64,000 bases of DNA from Bacteroidales bacterium (GCA_017443025.1 JAFSPG010000004.1:1030-65029), one strand, 5' to 3'; counted from the first letter of the stretch, positions 39,686 through 51,671 are shown. A program made the numbers and translations. The notes: generated by a model from the letters alone, not told the origin.

Positions 39686-41155
39686 ATGAAATACGGGTTC
39701 GACAACGAGAAATATCTCAAAATCCAATCAGAACACATCAAGCAGCGCATCGCCACCTTCGGCGATAAACTCTACCTTGAATTCGGAGGCAAGCTCTTCG
39801 ACGACTTCCACGCCAGCAGGGTCCTTCCCGGTTTCGAGCCCGACAGCAAGCTGAAAATGCTCATGCAGATGAAAGATGATGCCGAAATCATCATCGTCAT
39901 CAGCGCGGTAGATATCGAGAAGAACAAGGTACGCGCCGACCTCGGCATCACCTACGACGTTGATGTACTTCGTCTGAGGGACGAATTCATCGACAGAGGC
40001 CTGAGCGTCAACAGCGTTGTCATAACCCACTACAACGGCCAGTCCAGCGCCGACGCCTATCGCAAGCGCCTCGAGAAGATGGGAATTAAAGTTTACTACC
40101 ATCATACCATCGAAGGTTACCCCAATAACGTCGCCCTGATTGACTCAGAAGAAGGCTTCGGCAAGAACGACTACGTGGTAACGACCAAGCCCCTCGTCGT
40201 AGTCACGGCCCCAGGCCCCGGCAGCGGCAAGATGGCAGTCTGCCTCAGTCAGCTTTACCAGGAGAATAAGCGCGGAATAAAGGCCGGATACGCCAAATTC
40301 GAGACCTTCCCCATCTGGAACCTTCCTCTCGCCCACCCCGTAAACATGGCCTACGAAGCTGCCACGGCCGATTTGGACGACGTCAACATGATTGACCCCT
40401 TCCACCTCGAAGCCTACGGCAAGACGGCAATAAACTATAATCGCGACATCGAGATATTCCCCGTAATGAACGCTCTCTTCGACGACATCTACGGAGAGAC
40501 TCCATACAAATCGCCCACCGATATGGGCGTTAATATGGCCGGCTACTGCATCTGCGACGACGAAGTATGCCAGGAAGCATCCAGGCAGGAAATAATCCGC
40601 AGATACTATACGGCCCTTTGCAGCCTCGCCAATGGCAAGGAAGCTGAAGGAGAGGTCAACAAAATCGTCCTTCTGATGAAGAGAGCAAAGATTACGACCG
40701 CCGACCGCAAGGCCACCGTCCCCGCAAAGGAAAGGCTCGAGAAATCTGGCTACGCCACAGCAGCCATCGAGCTCGCCGACGGCACGATTCTCACCGGCGA
40801 GACCAGCTCTCTGCTCGGCCCCAGCGCCGCCCTGCTGCTTAATGCCCTGAAGCATCTGGCAGGAATAGCCCACAACGTAAAACTCATCCCCCAGCAGATG
40901 ATTGAGCCCATCCAGACCACCAAGGTAACCTATCTGCATGGGCACAACCCTCGCCTTCACACAGACGAAGTGCTGGTGGCGATATCAATGATGAGCCTGA
41001 TAGACGAGAACTGCAAGCTTGCCCTGCAGCAGCTTCCCAACCTTAAAGGAGCGCAAGTCCACTCCACTGTAATGCTCAGCGAAGTGGACCGTAAAACTTT
41101 CAAGAAACTGGGAATCGACCTTACCTGCGATCCTGTAAGGAAAATCGTCCGATAA
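39686..41155 (+). CDS. DUF1846 family protein
   Basis: GFDNEKYL..QS.HI, LYLEFGGKLFDD.HASRVLPG, TAPGPGSGK, YAKFETFP, NPRLHTDEVL. Confidence 0.85.
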   Translation: MKYGFDNEKYLKIQSEHIKQRIATFGDKLYLEFGGKLFDDFHASRVLPGFEPDSKLKMLMQMKDDAEIIIVISAVDIEKNKVRADLGITYDVDVLRLRDEFIDRGLSVNSVVITHYNGQSSADAYRKRLEKMGIKVYYHHTIEGYPNNVALIDSEEGFGKNDYVVTTKPLVVVTAPGPGSGKMAVCLSQLYQENKRGIKAGYAKFETFPIWNLPLAHPVNMAYEAATADLDDVNMIDPFHLEAYGKTAINYNRDIEIFPVMNALFDDIYGETPYKSPTDMGVNMAGYCICDDEVCQEASRQEIIRRYYTALCSLANGKEAEGEVNKIVLLMKRAKITTADRKATVPAKERLEKSGYATAAIELADGTILTGETSSLLGPSAALLLNALKHLAGIAHNVKLIPQQMIEPIQTTKVTYLHGHNPRLHTDEVLVAISMMSLIDENCKLALQQLPNLKGAQVHSTVMLSEVDRKTFKKLGIDLTCDPVRKIVR

Positions 41156-41717
41156 TCCAGCGTCCTACTCTGGCAAAGGCATAACCGATTACAAGACCTA
41201 CTATAAAGCCTACAAGCACGTCGCCCAGAAAGTGCTTGCCGACGAATATGCGGCTGATTCCGACCAGAATCGCCCAGGAGAAAATGCACCAGCCGTAAAT
41301 CTTATACGAACGGGTAGTATCGTTCTTGAATCCGAGATAGGAGCATATTGCAAAGCCGAGGGCATTGGCGGCGTGTGCTGAGAAGAATCCGAAGTGATTG
41401 CCCTTCCCTTCAAGCATATGCAGGCCTCCTGCGACCATAAATTCATCCCAGCAGGGGCGTAACCTCGCTACCGAGTACTTAACCAGATTCCCGAGCTGGT
41501 CGCAGCAAGTTACGGTCAGTATGCACATGAACATCACCACAAGGGCCCTCTTCCATCCGAGATTCCAGAAGAAAAATCCAAGAATCACTGCATACATGAT
41601 AAACCATATCTTCTTCGCTGAGAAGAGCTGCCATACCGGATCCGTTATCGCGCTGTGCAACGAATTTATCGCCAACGTTACACGCTGGTCAATGCTATGT
41701 AAATCTTCGATAATCAT
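41121..41717 (-). CDS. PAP2 family phosphatase
   Basis: KYSVARLRP, FFSAHAA, SRIFVGKHF motifs; TM helices. Confidence 0.88.
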   Translation of the reverse strand: MIIEDLHSIDQRVTLAINSLHSAITDPVWQLFSAKKIWFIMYAVILGFFFWNLGWKRALVVMFMCILTVTCCDQLGNLVKYSVARLRPCWDEFMVAGGLHMLEGKGNHFGFFSAHAANALGFAICSYLGFKNDTTRSYKIYGWCIFSWAILVGISRIFVGKHFLGDVLVGFIVGLVIGYAFARVGRWIIGRFSLQDRR

Positions 41718-41730
41718 AACATTATATTAT

Positions 41731-41850
41731 TTATAAATTGGTACTGAAATAAAAACTGTGGTCGCCCATGACCGCATGAATGGGAGGGGCCCACGAAGTG
41801 GGAGGGATAGGCCCGAAGGGCCGTAGTTTTTATTCAGTATCAATTTATAA
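41731..41850 (+). repeat. Structured dispersed element, copy 2 (short form)
   Basis: Core 41755-41827 matches copy 1; enclosed by a ~27-bp inverted repeat TTATAAATTGGTACTGAAATAAAAACT / AGTTTTTATTCAGTATCAATTTATAA. Confidence 0.85.
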
Positions 41851-42909
41851 TACATGATTCTCAAGTTTCGATTTGGCGAAGGCGGCGGTGACGTGAACGG
41901 ACTTCTTCTTTGACGAAGGAGCATCGAACATGGCGTCGTCCAGAATCTTCTCGCAGATGGAACGCAGGCCACGGGCACCGAGCTTATTGCTAATGGCAGT
42001 ATCAACAATGATATCCATCGCCTCATCATCCACCTTGAAGGTAATCCCGTCCATCTTGAAAAGCCACTCATACTGTTTCAGAATGGCATTTCTGGGCTCC
42101 GTAAGTATACGCTTCAGGGCGGCCCTGTCGAGCTGGTCGAGATAAGTAATCACCGGCAGACGGCCGATAATCTCAGGAATGAGACCATATGTACGCAAAT
42201 CCTGGGCATTTACATACTGCAGGAGGTTATTCTTGTCGGCCACCGGCTTGTTCGAGGTACCGAAACCAATCACATTGGTATTGAGCCTCTGGGCAATGCT
42301 ACGCTCTATGCCCTCAAAAGCACCGCTGCAAATGAACAGGATGTTCTGAGTATTCACGTGAACGAAAGACTGCTCCGGATGCTTGCGCCCTCCCTTGGGA
42401 GGAACATTCACCACCGTGCCCTCGAGAAGCTTTAGCAAAGCCTGCTGAACGCCCTCGCCGGAGACATCCCTGGTAATCGAAGGATTGTCGCTCTTGCGGG
42501 CAATCTTGTCGATTTCGTCGATGAATACAATACCCTGCTCCGCCATGGCTACATTGTAATCGGCCTGCTCAAGCAGACGGGTCAGGATGCTTTCCACATC
42601 TTCGCCCACATAACCGGCCTCAGTCAGTACCGTAGCATCGACAATCGCAAACGGCACTTCCAGAAGCTTGGCAATGGTCCTGGCAAGGAGAGTCTTTCCG
42701 GTACCGGTAGGGCCGACGAGAAGCACATTCGACTTCTCCAGCTCCACTCCCGACTCCCCTACCAGCTGACTGTTGTGAATCAGGCGCTTATAGTGATTAT
42801 ATACAGCAACAGCGAGCTGTTTCTTAGCCCGCTCCTGCCCAATCACATAGCCGTCGAGATACTTTTTAATATCCTTGGGCGTGTAAATATGGACCTCTTT
42901 ATTTGCCAC
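41845..42909 (-). CDS. clpX: ATP-dependent Clp protease ATPase ClpX, lacking the N-terminal zinc-binding domain
   Basis: [48 protein letters not shown] loop, GARGLR; GTG start at 42909 is inferred (ATG 42933 is the alternative). Confidence 0.92.
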   Translation of the reverse strand: MANKEVHIYTPKDIKKYLDGYVIGQERAKKQLAVAVYNHYKRLIHNSQLVGESGVELEKSNVLLVGPTGTGKTLLARTIAKLLEVPFAIVDATVLTEAGYVGEDVESILTRLLEQADYNVAMAEQGIVFIDEIDKIARKSDNPSITRDVSGEGVQQALLKLLEGTVVNVPPKGGRKHPEQSFVHVNTQNILFICSGAFEGIERSIAQRLNTNVIGFGTSNKPVADKNNLLQYVNAQDLRTYGLIPEIIGRLPVITYLDQLDRAALKRILTEPRNAILKQYEWLFKMDGITFKVDDEAMDIIVDTAISNKLGARGLRSICEKILDDAMFDAPSSKKKSVHVTAAFAKSKLENHVL

Positions 42910-43579
42910 TTGCGCGTTTTTTGATGATTTCATCGACCATTCCGTAGTCGAGAGCCTCCTGCGCACTCATCCAGAAGTCGCGGTCGGCGTCGGCGAAGAC
43001 TTTGTCGAAGGGCTGGCCGCTGTGCTCTGAGATGATTTTGTAGAGCTCAGTACGGATTTTGTCGATTTCCTTTGCAGCAATGAGAATATCAGAAGCCTGA
43101 CCCTGTGCGCCGCCGAGAGGCTGATGAATCAGCACTCTGGCGTGCGGAAGGGCGGAACGCTTGCCGTGGGCGCCGGCGCACAGCAGCACCGAGCCCATCG
43201 AGGCGGCCATACCGGTAACGATAGTCTGCACGTCAGGCTCAACCAGCTGCATAGTATCGTATATAGCGAGGCCGGAAGACACCTGACCACCCGGAGTATT
43301 CAGATAAAGCGTAATATCGGCAGAACTGTCCTGGGAGGCCAGGAAAAGCAGCTGAGCCTGGACGATATTTGCAACGTCATCATCAATAGGCACTCCAAGG
43401 AAGATGATTCTGTCCATCATAAGGCGGCTGAACACGTCCATGCTGGCTACGTTCAGCTTGCGCTCCTCGATGATGGTAGGATTGATATATGCATCGAGGG
43501 CGGACTGGTAGCGGTGAAGGGTCGCCGAGGAGATTCCCCTGCCCTTGTTGGCGTATTTGTTGAATTCGTTGCTGTTCAT
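42899..43579 (-). CDS. clpP: ATP-dependent Clp protease proteolytic subunit
   Basis: [21 protein letters not shown](Ser)MG, HQPLGG, DRDFWM. Confidence 0.97.
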   Translation of the reverse strand: MNSNEFNKYANKGRGISSATLHRYQSALDAYINPTIIEERKLNVASMDVFSRLMMDRIIFLGVPIDDDVANIVQAQLLFLASQDSSADITLYLNTPGGQVSSGLAIYDTMQLVEPDVQTIVTGMAASMGSVLLCAGAHGKRSALPHARVLIHQPLGGAQGQASDILIAAKEIDKIRTELYKIISEHSGQPFDKVFADADRDFWMSAQEALDYGMVDEIIKKRASGK

Positions 43580-43582
43580 ATA

Positions 43583-44650
43583 TTAAAGCGCTCTGAATTT
43601 TTCTACTGTAATCTTTTTCTTGCTGATGGTGATGACATCCTTGACGGCGGCTAGAACCTTCTGGTCTTCGACGCCCTCTTCGATCTGACGGCCCTGACGC
43701 TCGTCGGCGAGAACCCTCTGGGCTGCCTCCTTGAGCATATCGGCAGGGACATTGCCGATTCCGTACATTGCATACTGATATGCGACATAGGACTCAGCTG
43801 CCTCCTGGATATCCTTAGCCTCAACCTTGAGCTTATATTCCTTCATGAGGTGCTCACGGACGAGCTGCCAGCGGAAATCCTTGAGGAACATGTCGAATTC
43901 CTTCTCTACGTCCTCTGCGGAGAATTTACCCTCATTTACTTTAATGAGCCAGCGCTTCAGGAAGTCCTCGGGAAGCTGCAGTGCTGCCTTTTCTACCAGA
44001 TACTCGCGGATATCCTTGGAAAGGCGGTAATCGGCCTCCTGTTCATAATTCGAGGTAAGATGCTCTGCGACAGCGGCGTCGAATTCCTTCTCGTCATGCA
44101 CTTTGTCGGGGCCGAAGAGGCGGTCGTAAGCCTCCTTGCCGGGCTCGGCGGGAACAAGTTCCTTCTCGCCCTTATCGTTCTCCTTCATCTCACCGGCCTG
44201 ACGGAGCATATTCTCCTTCATCTCCTTCTTAGCCTTCTCGGTGACATCGATATTGTAAAGGGTAACTTTGTCGTCCTTGGAAAGGGTGAGCGTGATTTCA
44301 GGGGTCTGGGCTACATCGAACTTGAAGGTGAAATCCTTGCCGGATACCCATTCGTTCTCGGGCTGGTCCTCGCTGGCGAGAGGCTCTCCGACCACGCGGA
44401 GCTTGCTCTTCTTGAGGAAATCATTGAGCCCTTCGGAAATGACATCGTTGACGGCCTCGGCCAGTGCCTGCTCGCCGTAAACCCTCTGAATGAGACTCAT
44501 AGGAGCCATTCCCTTGCGGAAGCCCTTGAAATCGGCGGTTCTTCTACGTTCTGAAAGTCTTTTCTTCTCCGCGGGCTGATAATCCTCAGCCTTGATCTCC
44601 ATTGTGACCTGAACGTTAAGGTCATCGATCTGCTTTTTTGTAAGTTTCAT
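43583..44650 (-). CDS. tig: Trigger factor (355 aa, PPIase domain apparently absent)
   Basis: Ribosome-binding GFRKG motif, C-domain LPEDFLKRWL, canonical tig-clpP-clpX synteny. Confidence 0.88.
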   Translation of the reverse strand: MKLTKKQIDDLNVQVTMEIKAEDYQPAEKKRLSERRRTADFKGFRKGMAPMSLIQRVYGEQALAEAVNDVISEGLNDFLKKSKLRVVGEPLASEDQPENEWVSGKDFTFKFDVAQTPEITLTLSKDDKVTLYNIDVTEKAKKEMKENMLRQAGEMKENDKGEKELVPAEPGKEAYDRLFGPDKVHDEKEFDAAVAEHLTSNYEQEADYRLSKDIREYLVEKAALQLPEDFLKRWLIKVNEGKFSAEDVEKEFDMFLKDFRWQLVREHLMKEYKLKVEAKDIQEAAESYVAYQYAMYGIGNVPADMLKEAAQRVLADERQGRQIEEGVEDQKVLAAVKDVITISKKKITVEKFRAL

Positions 44651-44667
44651 TTCTAAAATATGATTTG

Positions 44668-46692
44668 TTATTTGTTTTGCGAAGGATATTCAACTCTGTC
44701 GTGGTAGAGGCGCCCGAGATACTCCTTGAGCACTTCCTTGATGGCCACCAGGTCTCCGAGTGTCAGGCCGGATTCATCCAGCTGGCCGTCGGAAATCTTG
44801 GCGGATACTATCTTTTCGACGAAGTTGTCAAATGTCTCTTTTGAATTGTCGTTCAGCGTTCTTGATGCGGCCTCGACGGTATCGCATATCATAAGTATTC
44901 CCTGCTCACGAGTCTGGGGCTTCACGCCCTGATAGCTGAACAGGTATTTATCAGCGGGGTCGCCACCCTCTGAGACATATTTATTATAGAAATATGCCGC
45001 ACAGGACACTCCGTGGTGGCTGCGGATAAAGCCTATGACATCCTCGGGAATGTTGAACTTGCGGGCCAGCTCCACCCCGTCGGGCACGTGCTTTACGATA
45101 CGCGCCGCACTCTGGATGGGAGCCAGACCGTCGTGGTAACGGACTGAGCCGATCTGCTGATTCTCAATGAAGCAGAGAGGGTCGGACAGCTTGCCGATAT
45201 CGTGATACATGGCTCCTGCGCGCACAAGAAGAACGTCTGCGCCGATGCAACGGGCTGCGGCATCGGCCATATTCATCACGGCTAGAGAATGCTGGAATGT
45301 TCCTGGGGCCTTGACGGACAACTCACGGAGAAGTACTCCGTTGGTGTCGCAGAGCTCGCGGAGTTTGGTCTCTGAAAGCATTGAGAACAGCTTCTCCAGG
45401 AGGAATATCAAAGGATATCCGGCAATCGGCAAGAATGCGCCGAGGAAGAGCGACAGAATCCTGCCCTGGTTGATGAAGATTATACTACCGTCGAGGAAGC
45501 GGAACACCAGATATGCCACCAGCATCGCTGCAAAGACAATCGATGCCATTATGAACTGGCGCCATCCGCGTGAGAATCTTTCTACTGCAGCCAGAGTAAC
45601 AATACCGGCCGTCAGGTAAATGACGAAAACTTCCAGTCCTACAGCCTGGAATGCAAGCAGTGGAAGAAGCGTTGCAACATATACGGCCACTACGAGGTTC
45701 CTGCTGAAGAAAGGTACCAGATACAGGCAGAGCAGCGAGAACGGCACCATATACAGGGCCTCGGTGTTGGAAACGCCGGTGATGATTCCGCCCAGCATGA
45801 ATGCAGCTGCGCAGAATACGATGTAAAGCAGTTTATTCCATTCGGCGAATACTCCCGGCGCGCAGTAAAGCACAGCCAGGAAGAGCATTATGCAAATCAG
45901 CAGGGAAAGGAAACCGTTGCCCAGCCAGACCAGCACGAGCGGGCCGGAGTAACCGATGCTGCTTTCGAATTCCGTCTTGTAGGAATAAAGAATCTGATAA
46001 GCCTCGGAGGTTACGGTATCTCCCTCACGGATAATGACCTCGCCGGCAGACACATAGCCCTGGGTAGGAGATATGTCCTGGACGGCGGAATTACGAATAA
46101 GCAATTCGCCGTCCTTGTCCGGGACCAGGTTAACCCTTACCAGCTCGTTTATCCGCTCTGAGCGCATAAGCTCTTCGAGACTCGCAGCATTTTCAGCCAA
46201 AGGAAAAAGATTTGCGTAAAGACGGTCGAGGGCCGATGAAAGGGTGTACAGGTCGCTTGCTGCGCAGGGAGTGGAATGCTTATCCTTGCGGACATATACG
46301 AGAGCGGCTCCGTCGGGGATATCTTCGTCGGAAACGATTCCCTTGCTGTAAATGTCGGTCAGGCTGCGGAGAATCTCGTTCTTGATCTTCAGCTCCACGG
46401 CGGGACCGAGATTCCCGGCGTCTTTCAAGGCCGAAAGCACGACCATGTCGTCGTACTTGAAGCAATAGTTGATATCTTCACGGGAGGCATCTTCATCTTC
46501 CAGAAGCTGGCGTTCGGTTTTCAGTATTGGAAAATCGAACTGGGCTGTAAGCGTAGGGTTTGACCACGTTTCGCCTTTGGCGAACTCGTAGCTGAACCGC
46601 GCCTTTCTGGGAAATGCAACTGTAATGGCTGCAAACAGAATTGCGAACAGTATGTAAACCGATATGCTTCTCGGGATATTTACACGCTCCAT
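44668..46692 (-). CDS. 7TM-HD (HDIG) phosphohydrolase, PgpH-like
   Basis: Extracytoplasmic domain, about 7 TM helices, APGTFQHS, YHDIGK, HHG, CDTVEAASR. Confidence 0.85.
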   Translation of the reverse strand: MERVNIPRSISVYILFAILFAAITVAFPRKARFSYEFAKGETWSNPTLTAQFDFPILKTERQLLEDEDASREDINYCFKYDDMVVLSALKDAGNLGPAVELKIKNEILRSLTDIYSKGIVSDEDIPDGAALVYVRKDKHSTPCAASDLYTLSSALDRLYANLFPLAENAASLEELMRSERINELVRVNLVPDKDGELLIRNSAVQDISPTQGYVSAGEVIIREGDTVTSEAYQILYSYKTEFESSIGYSGPLVLVWLGNGFLSLLICIMLFLAVLYCAPGVFAEWNKLLYIVFCAAAFMLGGIITGVSNTEALYMVPFSLLCLYLVPFFSRNLVVAVYVATLLPLLAFQAVGLEVFVIYLTAGIVTLAAVERFSRGWRQFIMASIVFAAMLVAYLVFRFLDGSIIFINQGRILSLFLGAFLPIAGYPLIFLLEKLFSMLSETKLRELCDTNGVLLRELSVKAPGTFQHSLAVMNMADAAARCIGADVLLVRAGAMYHDIGKLSDPLCFIENQQIGSVRYHDGLAPIQSAARIVKHVPDGVELARKFNIPEDVIGFIRSHHGVSCAAYFYNKYVSEGGDPADKYLFSYQGVKPQTREQGILMICDTVEAASRTLNDNSKETFDNFVEKIVSAKISDGQLDESGLTLGDLVAIKEVLKEYLGRLYHDRVEYPSQNK

Positions 46693-46704
46693 TGCGACGA
46701 AGGT

Positions 46705-48717
<2,013 letters not shown>

Positions 48718-48846
48718 TCAAATAAAATTTACTTCTGTCCAAACGTAAAAAAACGTACGTTTCAGGGGGATGCCCATAAAACGTACAAATTTAGGTAAAA
48801 TTTTGCATTAAAACAATCCTCTGGATTGTTCCCTTGCATTTTTATT

Positions 48847-50874
48847 TCAGAAATTGCAGACGATTCCGGCGGTGCCGTAAATGCCGCGGTACGACATCAG
48901 GTTGTCGAGAATGATTTTGCGGTCAAGAAGGTTTCCGGCGCGGCCGAAAAGGGAGAATTTGCGGTTGACTGAATATTCCGCGTAAAGGCCCAGATCGGTG
49001 TATCCGGAAGTGCCTGTTTTGCCCCTTAGACCGGTGGCTATTTCAGCCTCTATGCCGAATAGTATCCTGGTTTTCCAACGATATGTTCCCTTCAGGTTGA
49101 CTTTCGCCCTTCCGGGCAGGAACAGAGTCTGCCCTTCGGCCTCATCTGCAGAAGCAGACCTCAGCAGGAAAGACGCCTGAAGCATATAAGGACGCCGATC
49201 AAAGACGGCCATACCCTTCAGATATCCTTCGTGGAATTTGGCAAAAGCGATGTAGTAAGGAATCTGTTCGCTTACGGCATACAGGGCTTCGTCCGCAACC
49301 AACCTGAAACCCGCCGATAGTTCATATCTGAAGGCCGTGGCGATATTTCCTCTTATCCCTGCCGCAGCATTGATGCGCTCGGCGCTGTTGCCGCCCAGTC
49401 CGAGCATATTTGCCGTATAGAAAGGATTCCTGTCTTTCAGTACCGAATAATCCAGAAGAGTGTTGCCTCCGGTTACGGAAAGCCAGGAAGACATCCTTCC
49501 GTGAATGAGTTCGTAAGAGATGGAGGCGTCGGGATAAATAACCTGATTCTTGTGGACGGAACGGCTTGTAAACCCGATTTTTACCCCTATGTCAATCCGT
49601 GTCCTGCCTTTCGAGAAGGTGTAATGCGGCGATACTTCGAACGACTCCAGCACTCCTTCGGCAAGGCCTGAATAAGAAGTATGGGTATAATGCAGGGATG
49701 CATATATGGAATGGTCGAAATACTGATACCCCAGCCGGCCGTCAAATACAAGCCCGAGAGAAGAGAGCCTGTCAAGGGAGGTTACGCTGTCGCCGTTCCA
49801 GTCGAGCGCCGCTCCGGCACCATAAATCCAGCCTTTTTCGCCGCGCGAGCCGAAACTGACTCCGGCATTCAAGCCGCCGAAGGAAGTATTTATTTTGTCT
49901 CCGTATATGCCGTTTCTGGAATGTATGCTCTTGAAAGAGGCATCGAAATTCAAATCAGCTCCGGAGAAACGCTTGACTCCGTCGATTCCCGCGGTTGTCA
50001 CGCTTTCGTAGCCTGTCCATTCGAGATGATTGACCGCGCTCCCGTACTTTCCGAAATACGAACGGTTACGGGCGCTCAGATTGAGCGCGAAGTCACTGTC
50101 TTCCAAGGGAGTAAAGACGAAGTCCACCTCAGGATGCAGAGGATAGCCGGCACCTGCCTTCAGGTATCCGCTGCTGCCCTTCCTGGCTCCGCTATGGAGT
50201 TTAAGTCCGAAATTATCCGCCTCCTTCTTCCCCACACCGCCTTTATTGGACTTTATCGCCTGAAGACAATGTTCGGAAATTTCCGTAAAACGTCCATCCT
50301 TGCGGCTGAGCTCAAAGTATTTGGCCGCCTCGGAATATCGTCCTTCGCCATAGTGGATGATGCCCGACAGGCAGGCCCCGGCGGCCGAATATGAAGTCTG
50401 TCCCATACGGGAAAGGACTTCGAGTTCGTGCAGGGCTCCGTCGTTGTCGGAGGTGCGATAGCTGCAATAGGCTTTTTTGAAACAAGCCTCGCTGCGCTCG
50501 CGCCAACGCAACAGACGGGGATTGAGCTTATCCATCATCATCTGGGCGAGTCCGTAGGCTCCGCTGTCGAAAAGATTCAGGCCGTGGCGGTAGTAAATGA
50601 GAGGGAGAAGCCCTGAAGAAGGATACTTCTTTTCGTATTCGATTAAAACATCTTCGTATCCCACGGCATTTAGCTGGGCAAGGCACAATAGCCTGTAGCC
50701 CTCGGCCTCGCTGCCGCTTTCTGCGGCCAGCACTTTTGCAGCCTCGGAATACATTCCCCGGTCGAACAGTTCCCTACCCTGATCAAGTATATCCTCGGGG
50801 CCCGATGCGGCGGCCGGCATGGCGGCCATTGAAATCATTGCGGCGAGGGATATTGCAAGAAAGGAACGATTCAT
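48847..50874 (-). CDS. Exported protein: N-terminal TPR repeats fused to an outer-membrane beta-barrel (675 aa)
   Basis: Signal peptide from ATG 50874; helical TPR-like first ~210 aa; alternating beta strands ending GIVCNF. Confidence 0.7.
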   Translation of the reverse strand: MNRSFLAISLAAMISMAAMPAAASGPEDILDQGRELFDRGMYSEAAKVLAAESGSEAEGYRLLCLAQLNAVGYEDVLIEYEKKYPSSGLLPLIYYRHGLNLFDSGAYGLAQMMMDKLNPRLLRWRERSEACFKKAYCSYRTSDNDGALHELEVLSRMGQTSYSAAGACLSGIIHYGEGRYSEAAKYFELSRKDGRFTEISEHCLQAIKSNKGGVGKKEADNFGLKLHSGARKGSSGYLKAGAGYPLHPEVDFVFTPLEDSDFALNLSARNRSYFGKYGSAVNHLEWTGYESVTTAGIDGVKRFSGADLNFDASFKSIHSRNGIYGDKINTSFGGLNAGVSFGSRGEKGWIYGAGAALDWNGDSVTSLDRLSSLGLVFDGRLGYQYFDHSIYASLHYTHTSYSGLAEGVLESFEVSPHYTFSKGRTRIDIGVKIGFTSRSVHKNQVIYPDASISYELIHGRMSSWLSVTGGNTLLDYSVLKDRNPFYTANMLGLGGNSAERINAAAGIRGNIATAFRYELSAGFRLVADEALYAVSEQIPYYIAFAKFHEGYLKGMAVFDRRPYMLQASFLLRSASADEAEGQTLFLPGRAKVNLKGTYRWKTRILFGIEAEIATGLRGKTGTSGYTDLGLYAEYSVNRKFSLFGRAGNLLDRKIILDNLMSYRGIYGTAGIVCNF

Positions 50875-50954
50875 CAGGAATAATAGGTTAAAGCATACAA
50901 AAATAAACAAATTTCCGTTATATTTGCACTGCGACCATCGAAATATCCAAGATA

Positions 50955-51671
50955 ATGGCAGATAACGGCACAAAGCCCCTCATTCAATTCGAAGGAGCTG
51001 ACATAAACAACGGCGAATCGACCGTCATCAAGAATCTGAACATGTCGGTATTTCCGGGAGATTTTGTCTACATAGTAGGTAAGGTCGGCACCGGCAAGAC
51101 CTCCATCATCAGGACGATAATCGCCGAGAATCCCCTGCTCAAAGGCAAAGGTACGGTTTGCGGCTTCGACCTCAAGCGCATCTCCGCCAAGCAGGTCCCG
51201 ATGCTGCGCAGGCAGATGGGTGTGGTATTCCAGGATTTCCAACTGCTGACCGACCGCACGGTCGAAGACAATCTGGCCTTCGTCCTCGAGGCTACCGGAT
51301 GGAAGGATGCCGTCAAGCGTGCCGTCCGCATCAAAGAAGTTCTCAAGGACGTAGGTATGGAGGATAAAGCCGGCAAGATGCCCCATCAGCTCTCCGGCGG
51401 CGAGCAGCAGCGCATCGCCATAGCCCGTGCCCTCCTGAACAGACCTTCCGTCATCATCGCCGACGAGCCCACCGGCAACCTCGACAACGAGACCGCCGAC
51501 GGCATAATGAAACTTCTAACAGGAATTAACGCCGAGGGTACCGCCATAGTGATGGTCACGCATAACAAGCTGATTTTCGAGAAGTACCGCGGACGAGTGA
51601 TGGTCTGCAAGAACGACAGCTGCACCGAAAACATCGCCGACGAAGTAATCGACCTTTCGCTCAACATATGA
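50955..51671 (+). CDS. ftsE: FtsE-like ABC ATP-binding protein
   Basis: [39 protein letters not shown]. Confidence 0.8.
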   Translation: MADNGTKPLIQFEGADINNGESTVIKNLNMSVFPGDFVYIVGKVGTGKTSIIRTIIAENPLLKGKGTVCGFDLKRISAKQVPMLRRQMGVVFQDFQLLTDRTVEDNLAFVLEATGWKDAVKRAVRIKEVLKDVGMEDKAGKMPHQLSGGEQQRIAIARALLNRPSVIIADEPTGNLDNETADGIMKLLTGINAEGTAIVMVTHNKLIFEKYRGRVMVCKNDSCTENIADEVIDLSLNI

